Below, piece by piece: positions 18,031 to 26,430 of a DNA stretch of 64,000 nt. A program made the translations under genes and the position numbers. Positions within the stretch are counted from its first letter, which is position 1, and each line of letters opens with the position of its first letter. Under the pieces are notes generated by a model that saw nothing but the letters and a program-made list of their open reading frames with translations, ran no database searches and was not told the DNA's origin. The stretch lies in the NCBI GenBank assembly GCA_964415435.1, contig CAYPZT010000001.1:870-64869 (forward strand), written 5' to 3'. The stretch comes from an uncultured Gammaproteobacteria bacterium (GTDB lineage: Bacteria > Patescibacteriota > Microgenomatia > UBA1406 > GWC2-37-13).

Positions 18031-19050
18031 TTATAGCATCCGAGCTCCGACTGCTGGATCATTACTTATGATTTCCTTGACCTCCGGCTGTTTTTTAAAA
18101 TAGTTATACACTTTCTTCTCATCTTTCTTCTGACAAATTATGTGCAGATTTTCGCCGGCATCAATCGTAAAATAGGCTTCGAGGCCTGATTCACGCAGTG
18201 CTACTGTTTTTTTAATAAGCTCAACTGTCGCACCGCTCCAGAAATAGAGAGGAGGTGTTTGGGTCATCATGACAGCGTGCATTGATATCGCCTCCTCTTC
18301 AATCAGTGTTCCGAATGTGGAAAAATCTTTTTTATGAAAAGCCTGTTTTATTTTCCGCAGCCTCTTATTTACATCCATAAGACGCGCCGGGAAATACGAG
18401 CTTGTCATCGCGCCCCTGTGCCCCTCGCCCGATGACGTTTTCTTCTCAGCAAAATTAGTAATGAGTACCAGGTCGACGAGTTGCCAATACGCAGGCGCTC
18501 CGACAGAAACAGCGTACGAGCTGTCTGAACTTGTTCCCTTCTTCCACCAAGAAAACCCGTCAGGAATCGATCTAGATGCCGAACCTGATCCTGACAGACG
18601 AGCCAGTATGGAAAGCTCTTTTTCGGATAACTTTTTTTGAAACGCGGTGACAAATAGTAAGGCAAGAGCAGAGAAAAATGATGCGGACGAGGCAATGCCA
18701 GCCTTTTTGGGAAATGAGTTTTCAGAATAAATTCGAAAGCCGATATCAGTAGTTACCCCTAAGTATTTTTTAGCCCTGCTATAAAAAACAAGCACCTTAT
18801 CAAGTGCAGTTCCTTTTGTAGGCATAAAATCTTTTGCCTTATATTCTTTTATGTACAATTCTTTTTTGGAAGAGTTGCCCCCAAGCTCCATTTTGACCAG
18901 TGAGTAACAGTTGGATAGATTCATAGAGAAACTGTCATTAAAAGGTAGTATGTCTCGTTCGTTTTTCTGACCCCAGTATTTGATGAAGGCTATATTAGCA
19001 GGACTCTTGACTACGATTTCACTGGACTCTTTTGTATGTACCCCTTTCAT
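18031..19050 (-). CDS. mvaD: diphosphomevalonate decarboxylase family (GHMP kinase superfamily)
   Basis: ANIAFIKYWGQKNERDILPFNDSFSMNL and GIASSASFFSALA motifs. I choose ATG 19050 (MKGVHTKE...) rather than the track start 19146 because TATACT (19066-19061) lies 10 nt upstream and a divergent small ORF occupies 19098+. Confidence 0.8.
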   Translation of the reverse strand: MKGVHTKESSEIVVKSPANIAFIKYWGQKNERDILPFNDSFSMNLSNCYSLVKMELGGNSSKKELYIKEYKAKDFMPTKGTALDKVLVFYSRAKKYLGVTTDIGFRIYSENSFPKKAGIASSASFFSALALLFVTAFQKKLSEKELSILARLSGSGSASRSIPDGFSWWKKGTSSDSSYAVSVGAPAYWQLVDLVLITNFAEKKTSSGEGHRGAMTSSYFPARLMDVNKRLRKIKQAFHKKDFSTFGTLIEEEAISMHAVMMTQTPPLYFWSGATVELIKKTVALRESGLEAYFTIDAGENLHIICQKKDEKKVYNYFKKQPEVKEIISNDPAVGARML

Positions 19051-19097
19051 ACGTGCGGATAGTATAGCAAAGTGTTTATTTTGTGTATAATAACTCC

Positions 19098-19280
19098 ATG
19101 AAGAACAGACATCATATTCACCATGCGTGGTTAACTGTCGGCACATATGCTGTTTGGTTTGCGGTACTTTCAGGACTTGAGGAAATGGGCAGCGGTAAAT
19201 ACTGGAAAGCAGTTTTGAGCCTAGTTCTAGGCATAGTCACCTACTTTGTAATCGAGAGCAGGCTTCACGGAAAAGAATAA
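19098..19280 (+). CDS. 60-aa two-helix membrane protein, unknown
   Basis: ATG 19098 lies 6 nt after TATAAT (19086-19091); MKNRHHIHHAWLTVGTYAVWFAVLSGL...LSLVLGIVTYFVI. Confidence 0.45.
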   Translation: MKNRHHIHHAWLTVGTYAVWFAVLSGLEEMGSGKYWKAVLSLVLGIVTYFVIESRLHGKE

Positions 19281-19547
19281 CTAATCTTGAGGAACAAACT
19301 TTTCTATCTGTGTCTCCTGAATAATCATCTGCAGTGGCGGAATGACTTTTAGCTGTCGCAGGGTAAATGTGGCAAGAGCAATGACAATAGAGAGACCAAC
19401 GGTAGTACCAATCGCTGTAAATAATCCTGCTAAAAAACTCCTCACCAAAAGAGTGCGCGTCCTGGGATAAACCCTGTCAACTGAAGACAGGAGAATATCA
19501 AGTTTTTTTTCCAGATCTTTACTATTTGTCTTTATTTTTTTAACCAC
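19281..19547 (-). CDS. 88-aa small membrane protein, unknown
   Basis: GTG start; one long hydrophobic segment (FLAGLFTAIGTTVGLSIVIALATF). Confidence 0.55.
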   Translation of the reverse strand: MVKKIKTNSKDLEKKLDILLSSVDRVYPRTRTLLVRSFLAGLFTAIGTTVGLSIVIALATFTLRQLKVIPPLQMIIQETQIEKFVPQD

Positions 19548-19652
19548 AGATTGTTAAATTGAACTTATGTAATTAAGCTCTTTTAGATGATTAAATATCA
19601 TATATTGATCTAATAAATTTACCACACCGTTTTATGAACCATAATAGCCATA

Positions 19653-19733
19653 CTAGAAGATGATATTCAACAGAATAGTTAGAAGAATACTTATGATAAT
19701 GGATGGCCAGATCAGAAATTTAAACTTAACCAT
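19653..19733 (-). CDS. candidate 26-aa hydrophobic peptide
   Basis: Own translation MVKFKFLIWPSIIISILLTILLNIIF; TATAGT (19745-19740) lies 6 nt upstream of the ATG. Very short, unverified. Confidence 0.25.
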   Translation of the reverse strand: MVKFKFLIWPSIIISILLTILLNIIF

Positions 19734-19842
19734 GCCTGCACTATACAAAAAGAGCGTGTGAACCAAGCAAAGAATAGGTAATCTTTCGATAAGAAACTTT
19801 ATATTTAAACTATCCCGGAGCCTTAAAAGAAGTAATACATAC

Positions 19843-20196
19843 TTATTTCTTTCCTTGTTTTCTTTGCATTACTATTATCTTGTCCCCGTTTGGAAGATCT
19901 TTTACATCAAGAGGTGTAAATCCCTTTTTTTCATATAATTTCATCGCATTCTTATTACTTTCAAAAACTTCCACTTGCTGTATATCGGTTCCCGATTTTT
20001 CTATAGCTTCATCCACGAGACTACTACCTATTCCTTGCCCTTGTCTGTCGGGTTTTACAAAAAGACCTCTTAAGAAGGCGATAAACCCACCTTCGTACGG
20101 TCGCTCCTCAACCGAAACATTAATCTGACCAACAACATCCTTACCTACTTTCTTTTGTAATGTTCCCGAGAATCGTTTTGGAGATCCTTCGCTCAT
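19843..20196 (-). CDS. GNAT family N-acetyltransferase
   Basis: Acetyl-CoA motif A RQGQGIGSSLV, 117 aa. Confidence 0.85.
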   Translation of the reverse strand: MSEGSPKRFSGTLQKKVGKDVVGQINVSVEERPYEGGFIAFLRGLFVKPDRQGQGIGSSLVDEAIEKSGTDIQQVEVFESNKNAMKLYEKKGFTPLDVKDLPNGDKIIVMQRKQGKK

Positions 20197-20205
20197 AATC
20201 GGATT

Positions 20206-20967
20206 TTAACTTTTCAGTCTTTGATTTGCAAAGTAAACCATTGCATCTCTCATAAAAATAGCCAACCCTTTGGAGAATTTTTCATAATAAGCGCCAAATC
20301 GCTTATCATCAACATACATCTGCCCTAAGCCCTTATACATCTCGTAGTTAGGCTCATAAAAGGTTCGTAAAGCTTCATAATGAAGAGTAATAAGCTTTTG
20401 AACTTCTGGGTTTTCTGCTGATAATCCTTTATCTTTCAGGTCGGCAATTGTTTGGGTAAAGCGTGCACCTTCTTCGGCAACACGCTTATAGTCTGCCTTG
20501 GTCCAGTGCTTTGTCCGCTCCACACTCTCTTTATAGGCCTCAGTATGACCCCATCTCTCCTTGGCTTCTTTTTTGTATTCTTCAATCTTTTCTTCCGAAA
20601 AAGATGAAAAGATATCGTCGCTACTCATAGTTTCACCTCCTTTCTGACTATCAATGGTTTTATCGATAGTTTTTATTAACTCTCCTAGTCGTTTTTGCTT
20701 CATTTCCAAAAGCTTCTTTTGCTCAATAAGTGCCTCTCCTCTGTTAAATCTTTTTGACTTCATCATTTCAGTTATCTGCTCCAGACTAAACTCAAGCTCC
20801 CGGAAAAAAAGTATCTGCTGAAGGATAAGTAGTGTTTTTTGATCATAGTACCTGTATCCATTTTTCTTAATGGTCGATGGCTTTAAGAGTCCGATCTCAT
20901 CGTAATAGTGCAGCGTACGGACCGTAACGCCTGCTAGTTTCGCAAGTTCATTAACGGTATATATCAT
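20206..20967 (-). CDS. MerR family transcriptional regulator with TipAS-type C-terminal domain
   Basis: MIYTVNELAKLAGVTVRTLHYYDEIGLL HTH, coiled-coil, then a TipAS-like helical domain (WTKADY..., YEPNYEMYKGLGQMYVDD). Confidence 0.9.
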   Translation of the reverse strand: MIYTVNELAKLAGVTVRTLHYYDEIGLLKPSTIKKNGYRYYDQKTLLILQQILFFRELEFSLEQITEMMKSKRFNRGEALIEQKKLLEMKQKRLGELIKTIDKTIDSQKGGETMSSDDIFSSFSEEKIEEYKKEAKERWGHTEAYKESVERTKHWTKADYKRVAEEGARFTQTIADLKDKGLSAENPEVQKLITLHYEALRTFYEPNYEMYKGLGQMYVDDKRFGAYYEKFSKGLAIFMRDAMVYFANQRLKS

Positions 20968-20974
20968 GAAAGCG

Positions 20975-21005
20975 ATTATAAACTATGACGTAACGTTAGT
21001 GTCAA
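20975..21005 (-). promoter_or_regulatory. MerR-type promoter TTGACA-19-TATAAT, 7 nt before the regulator's own ATG
   Basis: Reverse complement reads TTGACActaacgttacgtcatagttTATAATcgctttcATG. The 19-nt spacer is the MerR-family hallmark; the spacer has an imperfect dyad ACTA-N11-TAGT. Confidence 0.65.
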
Positions 21006-21110
21006 GTGCATATATATTTATTATTATTGTTCACATGCTTGACAGGAGGAGCACAAAACGATATCTTTAAAAGTAATGTTTGGCGTTATTTTTGTGCCTA
21101 AAAAAACTGC

Positions 21111-23720
21111 ATGACTAAAAACTTTTGGAAAAAAGGAGTTGCACCCCTTATCCCTATCATCGTTTTAGGCACAATTGCCGTTGTGAGTATAGTTTCTTCC
21201 GTCATCACCCAGAACCAGAAACAAACAACTCAGTCTAAGGCCGCGGCCCCAAGGCCTCCCGAACCAACTATTTCCCTTGAGGGCTGCGTGGAACCAAGCT
21301 GTGAAACATGTCCCGCAGGCACAACAAGTTGTCAGTACTGCATTAACGGGAAGGCCCGCTGTAATGGCTCCTTTCCGCTCACTCCCACACCGATTGCAGA
21401 TTGTTTTTGCCAGGAAAATGATAGATGTAGCGTCTCCTGCAGTGGAGGGCGTGCCGGTGCTTCATGTGACGCTTCAAATGTTACCAGTGGTGACGCTTTT
21501 TGTCAGGGTCGGCCGCAACAGCCCACTTCTGTCCCTACGTTAAAACCAACGGCTACCCCTACCTCCACACCAACCCCGATACCGACAAGCACACCGAGGC
21601 CTACCTCCACACCAACACCCACAAGGACTCCTACGCCAAGGCCCACTAATACGCCAATACCGACAAGCACACCAATTCCGCCGACTCGTACCCCTACACC
21701 AACAAGAACACCAACCCCGATTCCAACCCGTACGCCAACACCCACAAGGACTCCTACACCAACGCGCACTCCGACCCCAACCCGTTTCCCGACCATTACT
21801 CCCTTACCAACATTCCCTCCAACAAGGATCCCGACCGCAACCCGCACTCCGACGCCGCCACCGACAAATACGCCAAAACCTACCTTTACACCCATACCAA
21901 CAAGGACTCCCACACCAACACTTCGACCTACTGTAATACCGGTTTCTGTTAAGTGCTGTAACCCGATAAACGGAGCCGCAAGCTCATGCTTTCCTGAGAA
22001 TACGCAGTTCTGTGTGAATGGTATCGCGCCCATTTCCTGTACAGCCGCCTGTCCTCAGCCACCCACCCGGACACCTACTGCAACAAGAACACCGACTCCT
22101 CCGGTGCGACTGCCTACAGCCGCTCCAACCGCAACACGTACGCCTACTCCCTTTATCAAGACACCGACGCCAACCCGCCCTTCGGCTCCTACCGCCACCG
22201 TGACACGGGCACCGACTCCGACATTAAGACCGGTTACGCCAACACCTCAGTTCTTCTGTGAAGGTGGAGTAAAAGGGGGAAACTGTTGCGGTAATCTTTC
22301 CAAATGCGTAAAATTCATAGATTCGAGCGCGCCTGCCTGCGTATTTTCTTGGGACTGCTTTTTAGCAAGCGGGCCTACACCTACCGCCGCGCCAAAGGCT
22401 ACTCCAACTAACGCTCCGACAAGGCCCCCACCTACGACAGGACCGTTGCCGACATTTGGTCGTTTACCGACCGCTGCACCTACTGTAGTTCCGACAAATC
22501 GCCCATCACCTACTACTATTCGAGTGCCCACATGGACACCAATTCCGCCGACTCGTACCCCTACACCAAACCTCTGTAAGTGTGAGAATAATTTCTATAA
22601 CAACTACTGTCCTCCTCCCATTGCAGGATCCTACTGTGGACCAACATCAAAACCTAGTCCTTCCGCAATACCGACCCGCACTCCGACACCCGCACCAGGA
22701 TGTATACCGGGAAGCTGTTGTACCATAGCTGGCATCTCGGGAAAATGTATTACATGGCTCGGAATAACCAGTTGTGCTCCAGGTTTGAGCTGTCAGGCAG
22801 CCACACCAACACCATCTCCACGCTTTCCTACCTTTACTCCCACCCCCCGTCTATTTGCCACCTTTACCCCTACACCTATCCGTAGGGCAACTCCGACGTT
22901 AACATTGACTCCTACACCAACACCCCTGCCACCAAGCTGTACAGGTACGGGAGGATCGTGTAGTCAGTCTTCAGCCTGCTGCAGCGGATTTTGTGATACA
23001 ACCTCACCTAGTAGAAGTCCTTCAAACGGCATCTGTGCTATCGAGGGTAACCCACCCTGCCTTGGCCGTTCCAAATGTGAAGGAACACGATGTGTGGCAG
23101 CAAACCGAGGACCTGCGTCGGATGGTAGTTGTCGCGATACCTGTAGCGTTGACGCTGACTGTTTCCAGTTCTATCCCGGTCAGTGTGAGATATTCGCACC
23201 AGCTGTTATCGAAGCTGCAGCCGGCGAGACATTTGACTTTACCATAGACAAGATCATGTCAAGTGACGGTAAGTTTGGAGTAGCATGCGATAAACCAACT
23301 TTTTCCTCATCCTGTTCTCTGGTTGACAGTACCTATACCGAGCTTTGTACTAATGCTAATGGAGTAGACTGTAATCTTAAAGCTACGGTGAGACAGAGTG
23401 CCTCTACGTGTACTATCAATGTCATCTGCAATAACACCTCTCAAACTGTGTCATGTAGTGCTCAAGTGAGGATTCAGAGACCAAGACCGACTGTGGCACC
23501 AACGAGGGTGCCGTCAAGCGTACCAACTGCAGCTCCCACTGCTCCCGCCTGCACCATCTCAAGAGGCGATGCCAATAAAGATGGACGCATAGATTTGGTA
23601 GACTTTGCTATACTTCGTGACGAAATACTAGGCAGACTTACCACCAAGCGTGCAGATTTTAACTGTGACCGAAAAGTAAACCTTGTTGATTTTGCAGTCT
23701 GGAGAGCAAGTAAAAGATAA
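21111..23720 (+). CDS. secreted/anchored 869-aa protein: Cys-rich mini-modules joined by Pro/Thr linkers, C-terminal dockerin-like repeats
   Basis: N-terminal anchor ([20 protein letters not shown]); Cys-rich blocks at residues 59-131, 282-314, 383-416, 489-509, 531-561 and 610-782; [22 protein letters not shown] / [19 protein letters not shown] at residues 819-866. Confidence 0.9.
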   Translation: MTKNFWKKGVAPLIPIIVLGTIAVVSIVSSVITQNQKQTTQSKAAAPRPPEPTISLEGCVEPSCETCPAGTTSCQYCINGKARCNGSFPLTPTPIADCFCQENDRCSVSCSGGRAGASCDASNVTSGDAFCQGRPQQPTSVPTLKPTATPTSTPTPIPTSTPRPTSTPTPTRTPTPRPTNTPIPTSTPIPPTRTPTPTRTPTPIPTRTPTPTRTPTPTRTPTPTRFPTITPLPTFPPTRIPTATRTPTPPPTNTPKPTFTPIPTRTPTPTLRPTVIPVSVKCCNPINGAASSCFPENTQFCVNGIAPISCTAACPQPPTRTPTATRTPTPPVRLPTAAPTATRTPTPFIKTPTPTRPSAPTATVTRAPTPTLRPVTPTPQFFCEGGVKGGNCCGNLSKCVKFIDSSAPACVFSWDCFLASGPTPTAAPKATPTNAPTRPPPTTGPLPTFGRLPTAAPTVVPTNRPSPTTIRVPTWTPIPPTRTPTPNLCKCENNFYNNYCPPPIAGSYCGPTSKPSPSAIPTRTPTPAPGCIPGSCCTIAGISGKCITWLGITSCAPGLSCQAATPTPSPRFPTFTPTPRLFATFTPTPIRRATPTLTLTPTPTPLPPSCTGTGGSCSQSSACCSGFCDTTSPSRSPSNGICAIEGNPPCLGRSKCEGTRCVAANRGPASDGSCRDTCSVDADCFQFYPGQCEIFAPAVIEAAAGETFDFTIDKIMSSDGKFGVACDKPTFSSSCSLVDSTYTELCTNANGVDCNLKATVRQSASTCTINVICNNTSQTVSCSAQVRIQRPRPTVAPTRVPSSVPTAAPTAPACTISRGDANKDGRIDLVDFAILRDEILGRLTTKRADFNCDRKVNLVDFAVWRASKR
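21519..21941 (+). repeat. low-complexity coding repeat (Pro/Thr linker, [10 protein letters not shown]-type units)
   Basis: Residues 137-277 are almost exclusively P/T/R/I/S; the DNA shows degenerate ACNCCNACNCGNACNCC periodicity. Confidence 0.85.
21669..21702 (+). repeat. 34-nt exact direct repeat, copy 1
   Basis: acaccaattccgccgactcgtacccctacaccaa, identical to 22536-22569 (checked letter by letter). Confidence 0.9.
22536..22569 (+). repeat. 34-nt exact direct repeat, copy 2
   Basis: Identical to 21669-21702; both encode [11 protein letters not shown] in frame. Confidence 0.9.
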
Positions 23721-23725
23721 TTTGT

Positions 23726-24355
23726 ATGCAAGAAGAATTTGATAGACAACTACAAAGGTTACTCGATATAGGCTATCCGCAAGCTGCGCATCTCTCACAA
23801 GAAAAATTTCTTAGTTTAGCCACACCTTTAAAGAATAAACTCCGTGACATTAAAACTCTTCCTGTAGATCTCGCTCAGGGGAACGTTCCTTTTGTAATCG
23901 TAGTGTCGGAAAAACTTATTGCCGCAGAAAAGAAGATGGAGCTCGTTGTACGCGAAGGAAAAACAGGGGTCACTAAACTGTTCCCTCACACCTCAAAAGA
24001 CTTCTCTCCTATTGACGAAGTAATCGTGCCTCAAAATCCACTTTACCTCATTGTCGATATTGACCGAGGAAAAGAAACTATAAATGTACGTCCAGCAGAT
24101 GCTCTTGTTACAATAAAAAAAGACGGAAGATCTCCGCTTACTATCGACGAAGGGATTGCTATCGTGACTCAATACCCGGATTTTCTTATAAAGAATAACT
24201 GCTTCTCACTTCTCGCATCACGCAATTTGAAAGATAAGCGAGTGCCCGCGATCTGGATCAATGCCCAAAAACAGCCCAACTTGGGATGGTGCTGGGACGG
24301 GAATCCTCACACATGGTTAGGATCTGCTTCATGTAGGACAAGACTGGGAAATTGA
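23726..24355 (+). CDS. conserved-looking soluble protein, unknown function
   Basis: 209-aa ORF starting 6 nt after the stop of the 869-aa gene (likely co-transcribed); no motif recognised. Confidence 0.7.
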   Translation: MQEEFDRQLQRLLDIGYPQAAHLSQEKFLSLATPLKNKLRDIKTLPVDLAQGNVPFVIVVSEKLIAAEKKMELVVREGKTGVTKLFPHTSKDFSPIDEVIVPQNPLYLIVDIDRGKETINVRPADALVTIKKDGRSPLTIDEGIAIVTQYPDFLIKNNCFSLLASRNLKDKRVPAIWINAQKQPNLGWCWDGNPHTWLGSASCRTRLGN

Positions 24356-24359
24356 GTTG

Positions 24360-24719
24360 TTATTTGGCTTCCCAAGGACTCATTAGTTGGAAGTAGTTAC
24401 CGTCTAAATCTGCAAATGTTGCGATCCATGCGCCTCCCATTTCGTAGGGTTCTTTTATAACCTTGGCACCTGCTTTTTTAATACGCTCAAACTCTTCTTT
24501 TACTTCTTTTGTCTCGAGATTGAACATTACTCGCCCTGGATCTTTGGTTTGACCCTTCATTTCGGAGTGCTGACCAATGCCAAAAAAACATCCGCCCATC
24601 TGCCAACCGGCCCATCCTTCTTCTGACATATCTGGTTTTTTACCGAATACTTTTTCATAAAACTCAGCCATTTCCTTTGGCTGCATTGTACCTACCATGA
24701 GAGAATTTAGATTAAGCAT
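24360..24719 (-). CDS. VOC (glyoxalase/bleomycin-resistance) family protein
   Basis: 119 aa, beta-alpha-beta-beta-beta module pattern, ...ATFADLDGNYFQLM typical C-terminus. Confidence 0.8.
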   Translation of the reverse strand: MLNLNSLMVGTMQPKEMAEFYEKVFGKKPDMSEEGWAGWQMGGCFFGIGQHSEMKGQTKDPGRVMFNLETKEVKEEFERIKKAGAKVIKEPYEMGGAWIATFADLDGNYFQLMSPWEAK

Positions 24720-24782
24720 ATGTACAGATTATAGACGACTGATGTAAAGAATTCGTTAGAAGTTGTTCTTCATCTCATTTTT

Positions 24783-25073
24783 TTACTTCCTGAAAGACAG
24801 GTGAGATATGGTTCCTGCACGCTCGATCTGTTTGGGCCATAATCTGAAAAGTAGCGGAAGAATGATAACATTGGAGCCCACCAGGAGATATTCTCCTACC
24901 AGATCTGAGTCATTGCCTGTGGTGATATCGTCAAGAGCGAGAAGGGTAAAAATAAGCAGTACCGATCCAATAAGCGTCACAGCAAACTTCCGAAGGCAGA
25001 TCATACCGATATAATATCTTCCTTTCTTTCGTTTCACTGTGATCCGCATCACTATCAAGTTCTCCTCTCTCAT
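24783..25073 (-). CDS. small membrane protein, unknown
   Basis: Two hydrophobic helices. Start moved to ATG 25073 because the track start overlaps the upstream 48-aa zinc-ribbon ORF. Confidence 0.45.
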   Translation of the reverse strand: MREENLIVMRITVKRKKGRYYIGMICLRKFAVTLIGSVLLIFTLLALDDITTGNDSDLVGEYLLVGSNVIILPLLFRLWPKQIERAGTISHLSFRK

Positions 25074-25081
25074 ACCGCAGA

Positions 25082-25228
25082 TTATCCTTTCGCAGGGCTC
25101 CAACCGCAGACGGGACATACCGTCAGCCGGCTCTCCTGAATGGCTTTTACCTCATCGTCGCTCGCCACCCATCCGCATTTTTTGCAGATAATCTTAAAGC
25201 AGACCTCGCAAGTATCCCCAGCATTCAT
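25082..25228 (-). CDS. 48-aa zinc-ribbon protein
   Basis: Own translation MNAGDTCEVCFKIICKKCGWVASDDEVKAIQESRLTVCPVCGWSPAKG; CxxC...CxxC...CxxC. Confidence 0.45.
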   Translation of the reverse strand: MNAGDTCEVCFKIICKKCGWVASDDEVKAIQESRLTVCPVCGWSPAKG

Positions 25229-25251
25229 GGGGAGATTATAGCAAAAATACC

Positions 25252-25401
25252 TCATTCTCCCGGCTCATGACCCTCCTCTTTGTGATGTTTTAGGACGGTG
25301 CGAGCGGCAACCTCCTCCGCTCTTTTGCCGTAGCGTTTTTTGCCCGACTCCTTGATATGCTCATACATACGCTCTTCTTTTTTACCTACTCCCCTCGGCA
25401 T
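25252..25401 (-). CDS. 49-aa basic small protein
   Basis: Own translation MPRGVGKKEERMYEHIKESGKKRYGKRAEEVAARTVLKHHKEEGHEPGE; SD AAAGGTGGTGA upstream. Confidence 0.5.
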   Translation of the reverse strand: MPRGVGKKEERMYEHIKESGKKRYGKRAEEVAARTVLKHHKEEGHEPGE

Positions 25402-25516
25402 ATTTCTCACCACCTTTCATAAAACCATGATATAGATGATCTTCATAAATAACTTAAAAGGACTGTAATAATCTCATAAGACTTCTTTCTGCAAAGAAAA
25501 GTACTATAATTAGGGT

Positions 25517-25786
25517 ATGGCCGATGACAAGAAGAAACTACCCAATCTCCCGGTCCGAGAAGTCAGTACTACCTATCATGTGATGGATGATCATCAGACA
25601 GCCAACGAGTCGGAAGTGGCTGAGACCGACATGGATCAGATCGAGAAGGAAGTTTTCGAAACGAAAGAAACCAAGAAAGTGCTTACGGATGAAGATGATA
25701 AGCTCGATAACGAAGTCGATGAGGACACAGAAGGTCTACCTGTCGGAACCCCGGGTCACCCAGGACTTGATGAAGACACTTCATAA
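25517..25786 (+). CDS. 89-aa highly acidic protein, unknown
   Basis: TATAAT (25505-25510) lies 6 nt upstream of the ATG. Asp/Glu-rich; immediately followed by the C39-like peptidase gene. Confidence 0.6.
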   Translation: MADDKKKLPNLPVREVSTTYHVMDDHQTANESEVAETDMDQIEKEVFETKETKKVLTDEDDKLDNEVDEDTEGLPVGTPGHPGLDEDTS

Positions 25787-25788
25787 GT

Positions 25789-26430
25789 ATGAAGACGCCT
25801 CCCTATTTTAAACAGGAACATCGCTATAATTGTTCACTTGCTGTGCTTCGGATGGTTCTTAAGGATCGAAAAATAGACGTAACCGAACAGGAGCTTCAGA
25901 AAAAAGTAATCAAAGACTACGGAACGCATTACAAAACACTCTGGAACACGACAATCGTCAAACTGGCGCAGCAATACGGTGTTCCAACAACCATATATGC
26001 AGACTGGCCCCTCTTCGATAAGGAATTACTGACCCAGGCTCTTACCGAGTATGAAACTAGTCCTACAGCCTTCGATGTTAAAAAATACGAAAATATAAAA
26101 GATAAAGATGCGCCTACCGAACCCTTACCTCTCGCCTATAAAGAAATGTTTGAAGCCTTAAAGCTCGGCTGCAAGACAGTGTATGGTACTCTTACAGAAG
26201 AAGAAATAAAAAAACATCTGGATCAGGGCGATCTTATACAGGTCACAATAAAATTACACTTATTGTATCCGGGTAAAAAACAAACCTATCATTCGATTCT
26301 GGTCTACGGCTACAAAAACGAGAGTGTTTTTTTCCATGATCCGACTCACGGAGAATCTCTCACTGTTACGTTTAAACATCTAAGAAGGTCAATGGTCGGG
26401 ACTGGGGTAGGGATAGTGTACGAAAGATAA
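25789..26430 (+). CDS. stand-alone peptidase C39-like (papain-fold Cys protease) domain protein
   Basis: Q-x5-C (FKQEHRYNCSLAVLRMVL), HSILVYGY His, FFHDP Asp. No signal peptide and no ABC-transporter domains. Confidence 0.75.
   Translation: MKTPPYFKQEHRYNCSLAVLRMVLKDRKIDVTEQELQKKVIKDYGTHYKTLWNTTIVKLAQQYGVPTTIYADWPLFDKELLTQALTEYETSPTAFDVKKYENIKDKDAPTEPLPLAYKEMFEALKLGCKTVYGTLTEEEIKKHLDQGDLIQVTIKLHLLYPGKKQTYHSILVYGYKNESVFFHDPTHGESLTVTFKHLRRSMVGTGVGIVYER

Noticed and set aside
21519-21941. Periodic DNA repeats considered as a CRISPR array or non-coding tandem repeat
   Set aside because: The periodicity is degenerate, lies in frame within a long ORF and encodes Pro/Thr linker sequence. There is no repeat-spacer structure.
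21503-22033. 176-aa minus-strand ORF rich in GVGV repeats
   Set aside because: It is the reverse-complement mirror of the Pro/Thr linker codons of the 869-aa gene. ORFs 21277..21543, 22018..22203 and 22247..22531 are similar frame artefacts.
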